Shown: positions 12,517 to 25,771, counted from the first letter of the whole stretch. The stretch: DNA of 44,534 nucleotides, filler included, from Jimgerdemannia flammicorona (GCA_003990765.1; 2 parts of 2 records of this genome joined end to end with filler, not necessarily neighbours in it), one strand, 5' to 3'. The notes: generated by a model not told the origin, from the sequence alone. A program made the numbers and translations.

Positions 12517-12804
12517 TTTGTAATAGTTATTTTTTTTTTTTTTTTTTATAGTTACTTGGACTCTTTCTTTATTACATCCATCTATCCTATATAAGTATAG
12601 TGAACCCACCCCCTATCCAATTCCCCTAGGGGGGCCCCTCCCCCTGACCCCTTCTCGATGAAACACCACTCTATCATATACAATTCCCATCCTCCCACCA
12701 CTTTGTTCACATATTCTCGCCACCAAACCTCACTGCCACCCCCCTGAAGAACTCCAACCTATCCACCATCCAGTCATCAGATCCCCCAATTTGTAATAGT
12801 TATT
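12517..12804 (-). mobile_element. 5'-truncated LINE insertion with poly(A) tail and 15-bp target-site duplication
   Basis: tttgtaatagttatt at 12517-12531 and 12790-12804 flanks poly(T)+atagttacttggactc. The 3' end matches the LINE copies at ~19620, 20736 and ~34752. Confidence 0.85.
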
Positions 12805-13081
12805 AGTACTGTAGATCTTGAGAAAAATAAAGAGATACAGAGAAGAATAAGAGATACTAGAGATTAGTATACTATAGTAGAAAAAAGAAAAAGAGTAGTC
12901 AGAACTATAGTGGCAGAAAGAGAAGAGATATAGTTTTGATAAGAGAAGTTAGATAATAGATCAAGTAAGAGACAGAGATCAGAAGAATATAACTAGAAAT
13001 TTTAAAACTAAGTAGATAATTAAAGAAGAGAGAAATTAAAATTAAAAAAGAGATAACTACTAATATAACTGATAGAATATC

Positions 13082-13659
13082 TATATATAATAAAACTATA
13101 TATTGATAAAATTAATATATTGCAGATAATCAAGATGACTATCAGCCCTAAGTTCTGAATGTTTGTAAGGAAGTACTAAGTTCCAATTACCTATTGTGGT
13201 AATATAGTCTGAGTATCATTTTCAGATTCTAGTACTGATAACAGTATCATACTTGTATCCTAAGTTGATCAGCTTGGAATTGTTAATATGTCAGATTCAG
13301 GGATTCTGTGATAAGAATACTGCTTTGTTCTTATATTTAGAGAAAGCAGAGCTTTAAGCTTTTCTTCAGCTTTCAGACTGAGATTACAACATACTCAGTA
13401 CAGAGGGTATTTATAGGTTTAGGGCTATAGTATGCTGGGTGTATCCATACACAGTTATACTATATAGGGTATCTATGACTGCTAGTTGGAATTTCCATTG
13501 GAATTTTCAGTGGCTAAAATGTTTATTCAAAAATAGATACAAGTTCTCTTCATGTAATGCGGACGATTTTGGCGATTTCCTAATTAGGAATGGTTAGGCG
13601 GATTTGGCGGATTTGCAGATTCTGGGATTTGGCGGATTTGCATGTAACGAACCGTTACA
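13082..13659 (-). mobile_element. Probable solo LTR
   Basis: The right end reads tgtaacgaaccgttaca (TGTAAC... on the minus strand). There is a minus-strand TATA (gggtatttatagg, ~13405) and short ggatttggc repeats. The flanks atatc (13077-81) and gtatc (13660-64) fit a 5-bp TSD with one G-to-A change. Confidence 0.55.
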
Positions 13660-15180
13660 GTATCGAGAGATAAGAGAGTAAGATGATATTAATTACTAAA
13701 TTAGAGGAGTTAGTGATGAGACTCTTTTTTTTATAAATTAGTATTAATATAGATAATTTTGATAAATTTTCTAAAACTTAAGAGAGGTGCTGAGAGTAAT
13801 TAGTGAGAAGATTGAAAAGGTTGAATTTTTGAAGTTTATTTCTTAAGCAGAGATAGTGAAGATCATCTTTATAGAAGAGAAGACTTGGATAAGAAGTTGA
13901 TAGTTAAAAAGATAAAAATATAGATAATCTAATATTTGAGATAGAATTTAAGAACTATAAGACTAATGGTAAAAGAAGTATCTATTTTAAGAAAACAAGA
14001 GATAAAAGAGATAATAAAGAGATAGTAGATTTTAGCTTTATATTTTAAGAGGATACTAAGTTGTATAATATCATCTGTAAGGTGATAGTGAGATTAGAGA
14101 TATAAAAGATAACAGAACTAAAGAGAGACTGACTAGAGGTTATTTAGATTATAAGTCAGAATTATAAGATATAATAGCAAAAGAAATCTAAACTTAAGAA
14201 AGATAAGTTGATAATAGTCTTAAAGAAGAGAGAGATTATAAAGAGGATATATCAGAAGAGATAAGAAAGATTCACACAGAACTAGGTCTGAATTCAGATG
14301 AAAGATATGTAAAAGAAAAAATATAAGAAAGATAGGCTGAAAGAAATTACAAAGAGTGATAGAGTATATAGTAACTGAAAAGAGAAAAGATCTGAATAGT
14401 AGATAATAGAATAGAGAAGATAGAGAAAACTGATAGTTCTATTTCTCAACTAAGAGAAATTTTAGATTTATAGTATATACTAAAGAAGAGTGAGACAATA
14501 GTAAGAAGAAGTAAGAGAATAGTAACTATTATTATTTAAATCATTTAAATCATTTAGAGAGAGATATAAGTTACAATTATATTTTTTTATAAAAAGTAAT
14601 ATATTTGATAGCTTTACTTTATTATCTTAAGTATACTTTATTAGAGATAAATTTATCTTTTATTTATAATTACTTTTATTAAAATTTATTAAGTTTTAAG
14701 TAAATAGTAAGCTAGAACTCATCTGACTCTAAAAGGTTGAAGAGAAGAAAGCCTGAGCTAGAGCTGTTCAGAAGATTTATATCTACTATAAGCTATAAGA
14801 GTATTAAAGAGTTTAAGTAAATATAAGAAAAAATAAAGAGTATAAAGAAATAGTATACTATAATAAAAAGAAAAAGAGAGACAACTAGACCTATAGTAAT
14901 AGAGGGAGAGAAGAGTATAGTATTGATAGAAAAAGAAAGTTAAATTATAGATTAGATAACTAATAGAGATTAGAGATAGGGAAATATAACTAAAATTTCT
15001 AAAGCTAGATAGGTGGTTTCAGAATTAGTAGAGATATAACTAAGAGAGCAACTGATAGTATAATTGGCAAAAGGGAGAAGATTTCATTAGTAGTTAGATC
15101 AGATAAGCTAATAGTATACTCTTTTTCTATAAGTTAATATTTATATAAACTATCTTGATAATTTTTTAGATCTAAAAATG

Positions 15181-15399
15181 CAGTGACTTCTAAAACTGGT
15201 CTAATGTTTTATTACTTTTTACTTTTCATTTTTTAAAATATAAAAAAAAAAATAGAAAAAAATGTAAAAATATGAATTATTGTAGCCCTAAATCAGCAGC
15301 TTCTATAGATATTAATTTTATCAAATTTAAGATTAATTTGGTGCTTATATGAATTTCCAAAATAGGTTAGCACATTGGACCAGTTTTGGGACATCACTA
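15181..15399. mobile_element. MITE-like element with ~27-bp terminal inverted repeats
   Basis: The left end cagtgacttctaaaactggtctaatgt matches the reverse complement of the right end, tagtgatgtcccaaaactggtccaatgt. The interior is AT-rich. A TSD is not evident. Confidence 0.65.
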
Positions 15400-15909
15400 C
15401 TGATGAATGTTTTTTTTCTCATAGACTATCAAAAAACCAGCACATAAGTGTGAAATTTTACATAATCGTTCTTTTGACCCCTTTCTACATCCTCATATTT
15501 TTTTTTTTTTTTTTTTTTTAAACCATTTTTTTATTTTTTAAAAAAATATTATCAGTTGCTAAATTTAGATATATTGACCTCTCTTTGATAGATAACATTG
15601 CAATACTCCTTTCTAATACAGATGATAGATGTTTTGCCAACATCAATCTATTTAGTAATTTTATATATTATCTAAGAATACTTTTAGCTCATAATAAGTC
15701 ATAGATCATTTACCAGATAACTGATAGTAAGGCTATATGAAAGTAGTGAATGGTAAGAATTGTTAGGAGATCTTGAAAGCACTGAATACTCAGCAGAGAG
15801 AGATAGATGAGCTTGAGATAGAGAGGAATCTAGATGTTACTAGTAATATAGTGAATATAGAATTATAGAGTGAGTGTTTATTCTCTAAACATTATTCAAT
15901 ATAAATAGT

Positions 15910-18900
15910 ATAACTAAAATCTTATCTTTAAACATCAATGGACTATAAGGTAAGATGAGATATTAGAATATTTTTAGCTAATTGAAGGGACTAGATATAG
16001 ATCTGTTCTTGCTGCAGAATATAGGATATAATATAGACTTTGATATGCTGAACTGAATAAAAGAATAAGGAGAGAGGTGACTGTATAGTAGGATCAGGTG
16101 GATATTTTAGTTAGGAAGAGTAAGAAGGATATTAGGAATATTGGATATTGGGGGAGTAGGGTAGTGTGGGGAGTGTGGAGGTAGCTAGGCTAGAGCTCTT
16201 TAACTATTAGGTTATATTATTACTCAGTGGAGAGGAGTGAACAATTAGAGTAGATAAAAGGACTATGAGATGTAGATATAATAGTAGTAGAGGAGATTGA
16301 TTGTCTGGGTGATAACTTTAATATAATATGGAATAGGTAGTTAGACAGAACTGATGAAGGGAGGAGGATAGTTGGTAGGTAGAAAACTAGAAGAAGATTG
16401 AGAGGCTGGACTCACTGATAGATACTGAGCAACTTAGATAGAGAGATTACAGAGTCTATACTTACTAGGTAGCAGGGCTGAGTTTATTGATTGACTGAAT
16501 CTTAACTGCTAAGTACTGGGGAGCAGATGTCTGGAGTTTTTTAGAGACAGTTTGGTGCCTATAATCAGATCACTAGAGATTGTTGAGTTACAGAAGATTC
16601 AGAGGAAGTGAGAAGGAGCTTGGATATTAGTATCTGAATACTTTATTACTAGAGAAATTCTCTTTGTAGGATATATGTGTAGAAGACATTAGCTCTAGGA
16701 TTTTGAGCTAGAGAGTATAGGGGCTGAAGATTGGAGATCATTAGTGACATTTGAAATCAGATGTCCAGCAGTTCTGGAGAGAGATAGGGAGAGAGAAAGA
16801 TGCTCAGAGGAGGAGTTATTTAAGGTGGGCTTTCTGGAGGTTGAAGAGGCTATTGAAGAAGTGGGCAGAATTACTGAATAATAGAAAGAAGAGAGATTGG
16901 AGGGTTCAGTAGATCTAGCTAGAGGTGGAGAAACTGAAGGAGTTGCTGAGACAAAAGGAAGAATTGTAGGTTAAGAGTATGGTAGTCTAGCTGAGATAAT
17001 AGGACTTAGAGAAGGGGGAGAGACCTATAAAGTTTTTTTCAAGGCTACTTCAAGTGAGAAAGATAAGGCAGTAGTAGGAAGGAGTGTTGAATAAGATAAG
17101 AGAGATGATAGTTGGAACTCTAGAGATCTTGGACCAATTGAGAGCTCAATGGAGACAATTGTAGAGTAAGAAGGAGAGAAGAGAGGATGCACTGGACATT
17201 GAATGGCATCTGGTAGATTGGTACCTAGATCTGGCAGAGGGCTTAGATAAACTTAGAGTATCTGTTCAAAGAGAGGAGATCTGTAGAATATTAGTAATGA
17301 TGAGTTTTGAAATAGTTCCAAGAGAGGATAGTTTATCTTGAGATTTCTAGAAGAGAATGGTGAGGATAGAGGTGGCTTTGGAGGAGATGATATAGATATA
17401 TAATGAGATTATTAGCTCAGAGACCTAGATTGAGGGACAGTACTTGGGTCTTATAGCTCTATTATATAAGAATAAGTAGAGAAGAGAGAATTGGAAGAAC
17501 TGGAGACTACTCATACTTCTGAATATGGATTGCAAGTTAGTTATAAAGATTTTGGTAGCTAGGTTGTAAGGAGTGACTCAGCAGATATTAGAGACAGAGC
17601 AGAGGGGCTTTATTAGGGGTCAGTTAATAAGAAATAGGACAGTATAAGTCCATAGTATCATTGAAGGAGTCTGTACTATCAGGGTCAATGATTAGCTAGT
17701 ATTTCTAGATCAGGAGAAGACCTATGACAGAGTCAAATAAGTGTAACTAGAGATAGTGCTGAAGTATATAGAGATTCTCCAAGGGTTCAGATGATCTTTA
17801 ATTAGTCTGTTAGAGAGGAGTCAGGCAGCTATTATAGTAAATGAGTATAGGAGAGGAGTCTTTTCCCCTGGGCAGAGGAGTACTACAGAGAGATTCACTA
17901 TTATCAATTTTTTATGCTCTCTCTCTGGAGCCTTTATTAGACAGGATTAGATGTAGGATGGGGGGGTTGAATATTCTGGAAGTAAACTAGAAGATGGGGG
18001 TCTTTGCTGATAATATAGTAGTAGGGCTGAACTTTATAGAGGATATGATAGTATTGAAGAGTATAGTGGAATAGTATAAGAGATATTCAGATACTAAGCT
18101 TGACTAGTATAAGTGTGAGACTTTGGTATTAGGTAGAGAAATAGTAGGAGGAGATATGATTAGAACAGTTATTCTAGTAGGAGAGGTAGTCTAGTACCTG
18201 GAGATCTACTTTTGATATATGATTCTCTATTATCTTAGAAATAGTAAGAGCAGCAGCTGATTGAGTGGAGTAGTACTCTTCTGGAATGAGACAGTCAATA
18301 TATCTCTCTAGTTAGAAGGGTGATGGTGTTAAATATATATTAGCTATCTAAGTTATAGTATCTGGAGTATCACTTAGACTTCCCAGTATTGGTGGTCAAG
18401 AGACTATTAAATATAGTCAGAATATAGATTTAGATGGAGTGGTAGAGTCAGATTGGATGAGAGGTGATGATATTATCAGTAGACTGAGGAGAGCTAGATC
18501 TGGTGAACTTTATCAAGTACCTATACTACTTGAGGGTATGGTGGCTGAAGTAAGCTAGTAAGTTGAGAGATCAAGAGTAGGTGCCTCTTATACAGAGAGT
18601 GTGGGAGGTATAGTTCTCTCTCTGTGACATATTTGGTGACTTGCTCTCTCTGGTAGTACTAGAGGAGAGCTGGAAGATCCACTATAGAGAGTTCTAGTAG
18701 AGAGTAATTAATAGTGCTTAATAAATTGGCCTCTAGTAGTAGAATAATGAGGTAGAGGAGGACTGGAGACCCCAGATGTAGAGGTGGGACTATCTTCTGT
18801 TAGAGAGCATGCCAGTAGATGATTTTAGTTTAGAGGATGATATGAAATATCTTTGGGAGTATGGGAGAGATTTGTAGCTAGAGACCTAGTAAAGAGTATA

Positions 18901-19635
18901 AATCAGTAAAGAGTAGAACTAGAATAGTATTTAGTCTTAGAGCAAGCAGGTGGTGAGATAGATTCCCCTCAAGTTCTGAATAGCATAGTAGAGGTTCTTG
19001 TAGCACAATGTGATGTTGAACTATAGGTTAGGACATTTGGTGGAAGGAGGTGTTCTGGAGTATGAGAAGTATCTTAATATTGAGCAGAAGAGTAGAGTGG
19101 TATAGATATCTGAGTATTGGCTGAGAGAGTGTGAGGTTATAGGTGACTTTAGAAGACTATTGAGAATTAGTTGAAAGTATATCCATCTGGACAGATGGTG
19201 GGTAGGAGGTGGGGTGATCTCCAGAAGAGGCTGGTGAGAGAGATTAGAGATGAGTAGTTAATTATTGAGTGGGTTCTGGCTATTTGGATTGAGCTTACCA
19301 GATATTAATTATATATATTTGAGAATGATCAGCAGTTAGTACTTAGAGTATGAGTTATGAGATAGGAATAATTATTGTTGGACCTTTTGAATAGTTAATA
19401 GTAGGAGTGAAGATCTAGAGAGGGACTCTATAGAAGGCTTATAGAGAAGATTTGCAGACAGAGTAGAGAGAGGATTGAGATCACTGGAGAGATGGTGAAT
19501 TTTCAGAGAGATGAGTAAGAAGAGAGAAGCTCCTTGTGGGATTGGGTGAGGAATATGTTTATACATCTATATTAGTATAATATAGATTAGATAGAAATAA
19601 AGTAGAAGTTTAAGTAACTAAAAAAAAAAAAAAAA
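15910..19635 (+). mobile_element. L1/Tx1-like LINE ORF2 (APE endonuclease + reverse transcriptase + C-terminal Zn domain), heavily mutated, with poly(A)
   Basis: Decayed motifs occur in the correct order: ILSLNINGL..DLFLLQ (~15920-16020), GDNFN (~16308), SDH (~16565), WRLLILLNMDCKL (~17502), FLDQEKTYDRV (~17702), RGVLQRDSLLSIFYALSLEPLL (~17875) and GVFADNIVVGL (~17997, the FADD motif). It ends with aagtaact plus poly(A) at 19620-19635. Confidence 0.88.
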
Positions 19636-20120
19636 TTAAATAAATAAATACTAAGTTATAATGTAATAGATATTTAATCTGAGAAATATAGTATTTTTTT
19701 TATTTTAAATATTTGATCTTTTTTAAGTTCTTAGAGTTCTTAACAAAATATAAAGATTAGTAAAATTAAAGTATATCTATCTGTAGACTTATTAGTTCTT
19801 TTATCTCTTTACTTTTAAACTATTTAAATTTGAGGGTTATTTACTCTAAATACTGAAAATATTTATATAGATTTTGTAGCTATATAGTGTCTAAGTTATG
19901 ACTCATTTCTATAATATATATATAGATTTCTTACAATTGTAAGTTTTTTATATAAGTAGAAAATTTCTTTATATTATATAGATTGAATAACTACTGACTA
20001 GTACTCCCAATAAATTGAATCAAATTGAATTTGACCTAAATTTAATTCAATTTGATCAAATTAAAAGTTTAATTTGATTCAATTTGAATTAAATTAAAGG
20101 TCTAATTTGATTTGAGATTT

Positions 20121-20248
20121 AATTTAAACTCTGTTTTTTGAAATATAATAACTTGAAAAAAATATATCTAAATTTAATAATCTTTAGTTTATTAAATTTG
20201 GATGTATTTTTATTGAGTTATTATATTTCAAAAAATAGAGTTCAAATT
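20121..20248. repeat. Inverted repeat/hairpin, 60-bp arms with an 8-nt loop
   Basis: 20121-20180 (aatttaaactctgttttttgaaatataataacttgaaaaaaatatatctaaatttaataa) pairs with 20189-20248 with few mismatches. It is embedded in aattgaatt/caaatt-type short repeats (20005-20365). Confidence 0.85.
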
Positions 20249-20665
20249 AGACTCTCAATTTGATTTGAATTTAATTTTATTCAAACTTTATTCAAATTGA
20301 AAAATCCCTAATTCAATATAATTCAAATGACTCTCAATTTTATTTAATTGATTTAGATACCCTAATTAATTATCTATCTATATAGATATATATATTTATA
20401 GAAGAGATAAAGAAGAAGAAGAAAGAGCACCTCTTTCTCTACTATTTTACCAGTTATAAGATTTGATAGGTGATCTTCTAAGTCCACTTTTTATAACTAA
20501 TACTCTCTCTACCTTAGGTTGGTTTGCTGTACCTATTGCAGAATAGTAAGAGAGAGATAATAGTGATGAGTTGCTTCTTTATCAGTATTGGATCAGTATC
20601 TTCTTCACTTTTTTGTAGTTTCTGGTGCCTTCAGCTCCTCTGGGATATATCTGTTTTGGTATAGC

Positions 20666-20667
<2 letters not shown>

Positions 20668-20737
<70 letters not shown>

Positions 20738-22220
20738 GTCACTTGGACTCTATTCTTTATTAATGCTCCTGTCTATCTTCTATATAATACACAGTGCCCT
20801 ACCCCTAACTGATCTCCCTAGAGGGCCCTCTCTCCCCTCCCCACTACTCCCCCTCCCTACTCTCTCTCAATGAAAGACCACTTTGTCAAACACTATCTCC
20901 ACCTACCTACTACTCTGTTTACAGATCTCCTCTATCAGATGGTGATGTCGCCCACTCTGGAGACCCCAACCCATCCACCACCTAGTCAGTAGATCTCCCA
21001 CTAAAGTCTCCCACCTCAATAACTTCTCCTGTATCCCTATTTATTGCCTTTTCTCAAAAACAAAGAGCCAATGTCTAACCAAACCTACCCACACTACTAT
21101 AATCCACTCTACTATGAGCCACCCATTGCTGACACCTCTCATCAGTCTAGATTTCAAATCCTCCCAGTGATCTCTCTCACTATCCAGCCTCCTCCCTATA
21201 CCCAGCTAGTCCCCTATAGCTATCCAAAAGTCCCCCAAGATCTTACATTCTCTCAGCCAATGTTCTGGCATCTGTACAACTCTCCTAGTATATAGCACTT
21301 TCTTCCTTTTACTATCATCAATATGGTGTCATCTTGGTATATCATGGGCTATATAGGAAGTCAGCTGACCTTGGGTATCAAGTACTCAGTATAGGTTATC
21401 TGCAGGTCTTCAGTACCTATAGTGAAGTCCTCTGGCTTTGGCAAGCTTTTTGGTGAATGTAGTTCTGATATAAGTGACTGCTTTTTGAATAGAGTCAGAA
21501 TGAGAGGGGAGATAGCTATTACAGATAAGAGGAAAGGTAATTATAGTGAACCAGTAGAGTACTAGGCTGGGGATAGTTATTAGAGCTAAAGCAGATACTG
21601 TATCAGTAGAGTCTTCTAATTGGTACAGAGTAATTAGGTAGTAGGTGTTACTCATAACTTCTTTTAGCAATTCATAAGATTGGGCTCTGGTTATTGGGGG
21701 GGGATTAGGAGACCTGAGGCTACCTATTTTAGATATCTTGATGAAATCAGAAGCTGATATGGCAATATAATTGAGGTCTACAGACTTGAGTAGTAAGATA
21801 TTGGGAATCCTCTCCTACCTTACATATAAGTCCTTTACTTATCTTATCTGAGAGAACTAGGTCCTATCTACTGTGATATACTTTGATAGGAGTTTTTTCT
21901 TTACCTATTATTCTCCTTGGGGTGGCAGGTGCTATTATATTTGGCTCAGGTATGGCCTTTTATATATATTGGACTTTTGGGTATATGCTTTTGGTCATTG
22001 ATATATAGTTGATTTCTTCTGATAGTAGGGAGAGCATAGTATACAGAATAAGATATAGGCAATAATGCCCTACTATATCTGGTATGGTCAAGCTACTAGA
22101 TAATAGCTAGTCTAGATTTATTAGGAGTATGGTGCTCAGAGAGGGGTGGGAGAGAGTTTTGGTCTATATAGTCTAGGTTTTCTTCCAATAAAAATCTATA
22201 GGATATTGAGTCTATTAAAA
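20668..22220 (-). mobile_element. 3' part of a second LINE copy of the same family, with a 68-nt poly(A) tail, cut by the assembly gap
   Basis: poly(T) at 20668-20735 is followed by atagtcacttggactc. The reverse complement near 21270 (cagatgccagaacattggctgagagaatgt) matches 19104-19135 of the plus-strand copy. Confidence 0.85.
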
Positions 22221-22320
22221 NNNNNNNNNNNNNNNNNNNNNNNNNNNNNNNNNNNNNNNNNNNNTTAATTAATTAANNNNNNNNNNNNNNNNNNNNNNNN
22301 NNNNNNNNNNNNNNNNNNNN
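22221..22320. other. Assembly gap with artificial six-frame-stop linker TTAATTAATTAA
   Basis: 44 N + ttaattaattaa + 44 N. Confidence 0.95.
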
Positions 22321-22661
22321 CTGACATGTCACGTTTTTTTTTTTTTTATACCAAACATCTCACAATTTCACACATGTCTTACTACAAAACCGAAGGCATG
22401 CATTACGTACAAACGGTTTCCAATATACCATTACTACGACCAGTTTCCATATTCCAAGCGCCAGCGACCCTCCGCCTTTCATATCAGCGTTTAATTTCCC
22501 ATGCCTCACGAAACACTGATCCGTTTCTCCGGATCAACCTGCGGGAAAACGGAAGCAAAGTACGGTTCCAACGTGTTAGAATCAATTTCGTGGCTTCGCA
22601 ATTGCGAAGCTCGAAACGGTGGGGTCCGCGCCGAAAAGGAAGAAGCGAGAGAGAGGAGGAC

Positions 22662-23633
22662 TCACCCGACTTGCCAGAGGATCTCCGGATTGTTTGCTGG
22701 CTTGGGTACGGGCTTCTGAGTAGACTCTTTGCGGGTCTACTAGGGTGGTAAAGGGGTGTAGTTAGGCCACGGGTGTTTGCGGTTGTCTTGGTACCATGAC
22801 GGATGGACTTACTTTCGAGACAGCCTGCTTGCCTTCTCCATGCTGAAGTTTAATCTCGGGGTCTTTTTCTTTTCTGAGGACTCTAGAGAAAACATTGGTT
22901 TTAAATTAACACCTCTTCCAGAGCCGCCAAGATTTCCACCCACCAAGAAAATCTCAGTTCCGCAGACTCACTTTTCCTTCACCTTCTTCAGCTGGAATAA
23001 CCTGAGCGGGACCACCAGTTCGCCCACCAACTGATCGGTCTCCAGAAATGGCATCCCAGCCAACTCAGCCTCTGTGAGGCCGTACAGCGCACGAGCGTCG
23101 GTCTCGTTAGCGACCCTGATCCGCGAACGGATCTTGTCGTGGTAGCGTGGGGTTTGAATACATCTACGGCACAGGCGCAGCATTGCGAGCGGGTGGACGC
23201 ACTTGGTTGGGAAGTTGCAGCCGGCGCATTTCCAGCGAGTGAAGGTGTAGAAGAGCTGGCTGTTGTCAGGATGGGAGTAAACCACATTGAGCCGTTGAGA
23301 TTGGAAAGTCTGTGATAATAGACAAGATTCAAAGCCAAGAGACGAATATATATATATATATATATATGGGGGGGTCTACCGATAGGACACCTGCAACGTA
23401 ATTGCCGCCCTCTCAATCTTGCTCCAGCTTGTCTCGTCCGAAACACCACGCCCGATGTACGGTTTCCATAGCCTGTCGTCATCAGTCATCGCGTCCATGA
23501 CGAGGCAAGTGCGCGACAGCCGCAGCAGGGAATTGACATTCAGAAGCACAAGGATCTTGATCATCACCTCGGGAGGTAGGCGGAGGATCCCCGGGAGCTT
23601 GGGAGAGGTGGGTGGTGGAATTTCAAGCTGCAT
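22662..23633 (-). CDS. F-box protein (about 4 exons) with CxxC...CxxC and an XPA-C-like helical region
   Basis: The F-box reads ILRLPPEVMIKILVLLNVNSLLRLSRTC...DDRLWK. Phase-compatible GT-AG introns join ITLQ|TFQSQRLNVVYSHP...KCAGCNF...LCRRC...ARALYGLTEAEL...KVKE|KVLRKEKD...VSK|TRKES...QVG*. The 3' end is uncertain. Confidence 0.8.
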
Positions 23634-24710
23634 GGTTGTGTTGGGGGTGAAGAGAGAAAGAGGATGGAAGGAGCTCGGGGGATATAGCATGGAGGCGGGC
23701 GTTGTTGGCAGATTTAGGAAACGGTGGTGCTGGTTTGAGAAACGATCTTGATATCTGAAATGTCACAGTATAGTTGACAGTGTGACGCCACCCCCTAGCT
23801 AAGCTCAGGAACGGCAGCAGCCCATTAGAGTATCCGCATATGGTTATCCGACAGAAGTATCCTCTTCTAGGCATCCATCTGTAGCGTACTGTACAACTTG
23901 AACATCAACGAACACTTTGTCTCATATCAAACAGGTTGCATGATAAAGTATACCATGTAGTATAACTTATAGCTTATTTTGTAAGGTGCAGTCTTATTTT
24001 AATATATACACCGTAGTAGTCAGAACATGAATAAAAGCAGTACACTCAAAGGCTTGAAAGCACCAAACATCCTCCCCTTCCTCTACCTCTCCTGAATGAC
24101 AAGTACAGTTTGCCTTCTACGCTACTCACTCAGCATCTTTGCTCAATCACATGAACCCTGACATGCATAAATACACGTTTGAGCCGACAACAACAAGGGG
24201 ATCAAGTTTCAGCACGACTACCGAGCTCCAAAAAAAAAAAAAAAAAGACACAAATCGCAGCGGAAGCGTCACGCAACACACAACAGCATTGACTGCATTG
24301 TTTACGGACGAATAAGTCCTGAGAGGAGGATGGACGGATTAAAAAGAGAATGCTTTGAGTTCTCGCTACGGAATTCCATGACTTGATCGACCCAAATAGC
24401 CTAATGCGATAATATATTCGGACCGTTTGCTCTGCCGTGAGCGTCATTGCCCTACACGGTACATTTTGGTGAATTCAGGGAGCCACGGCACCTAGTATCC
24501 GAGGCGCATTAAAATGTCGGTAGAAGACATGCCAGTTTTGTGGGTTTCTGCAAGAGTTTCTGCTGCTCGAATGTCAACAAAAACCTGACTCATCGTTTCA
24601 CTCCTTATTTTGGTTGTTTTATTTGCTTCTGATGTTACTTTGGTATTGTTCATAGCACCAACTGAAAACATAATGACGATCATGGATTACAGACACAGAG
24701 ATATCGTTTT

Positions 24711-25400
24711 TTATTTTTGTTTTTCCCTGAAGAAGAGCCCCATCTCATCACAGTTAAAAACCTGCTCTAGTGGCCATGACTCAAAAAGTGTCTGAAAGTC
24801 AGCATGGTCTTGCACTATAACTTGAGAATCTGCAGAATCTGCCTCTCCTTCAAAACAATGGTTTGAGATCCTGTAGTAGCTCTTGAAGCCAAAAAGCCAG
24901 CCACTTGATGCAGCAAACCCTTCCAGCAACTCAGTTGGCAAATGCTCACATAGCTTGGTATAAAAAATACAGTCTTAAAGTAGAGTATATCACCCAACAC
25001 AGGCAGTCTATATGCTTGTATTGTCAAGAACTACTTAAATGTAGCTTTGTCAACAAGTGATCACTTTCCACCTTGTTGGCATTTTCTATCCATTGAAAGG
25101 CCTGCACCTTTCTGTACCTTTGTCTTTTCATGAAGACTGCTCTTATCTTTCTTTATATGAGAGACAACAGAGATGTTGATGCCATACTTCTCTGACACTT
25201 ACCTCAGTTTCATATTGCAAAGGTGAAGGTCTTTGAGCATAGTGATTTTGTCCTTGAGGCTGAGAGCTTTGCAGGGCTTGTGGTCTGGTGGCATTGGAAT
25301 GAGGAATGGTGTAAGCACGTGATTTTTATTTATAACACAACTCGAGTTATAACACGATTTTGGTCTGGTCCCAATGGGGTTGTTATAACTTGACTTTTAA
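24711..25400 (-). mobile_element. pogo/Tigger (CENP-B-like, Tc1/mariner superfamily) transposase remnant, 3'-truncated
   Basis: ATG 25294 gives MPPDHKPCKALSLKDKITML (psq-type HTH), then RLPVLGDIL, FAASSGWLFGFK (CENP-B HTH), EGEADSAD and VFNCDEMGLFF (first catalytic D). gttataac subterminal motifs lie at 25330-25392. Stops and a frameshift are present. Confidence 0.85.
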
Positions 25401-25568
25401 ATGATTTTGATTCATCTATACAATATCTGTATTTCATAACTCGGGGTTCTTGCTTTGAATATATTTCCTGATTTTGAAAACCACGTAAGAGCACGTCTGC
25501 CTGGGGTTGGGGTGGTTCCGGTTGTTGTCAGTCACTTTTTAGGCCTCCCTCGGTGGCCCTGCGATGCC

Positions 25569-25771
25569 TTAGTAATTTCCTTAACAAACGTGTCACTGAA
25601 CATTCAACAATTTCAGGCTACATACCACCACCCCGAATGAAATCGGAATCGTTGGTTCCTCTTACTTTTCAGGCTCCACCGGTGGACCCGCGACGCTTTA
25701 CTTAGTAATTTCCTTAACAAACGCGTCGCTCTAGATCCAACAATTTCAGGCTACATACCACCCTGAATGGA
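25569..25771. repeat. Direct repeat, about 70 bp x2
   Basis: cttagtaatttccttaacaaacg...caacaatttcaggctacataccacc occurs at 25569 and 25701. Confidence 0.85.

Larger units (their letters stand above)
12300..15910 (+). mobile_element. Decayed purine-rich region, probably the 5' part/ORF1 of the downstream LINE, with nested insertions
   Basis: It has the same GA-rich strand bias as the ORF2 relic and lies directly upstream of it. No motif is confidently readable. Confidence 0.4.

Noticed and set aside
20588..20812. Poly-Phe ORF (also poly-F/K ORFs at 5716-6215)
   Set aside because: These are homopolymer tracts (a LINE poly(A) tail or an intergenic poly(T)), not coding.
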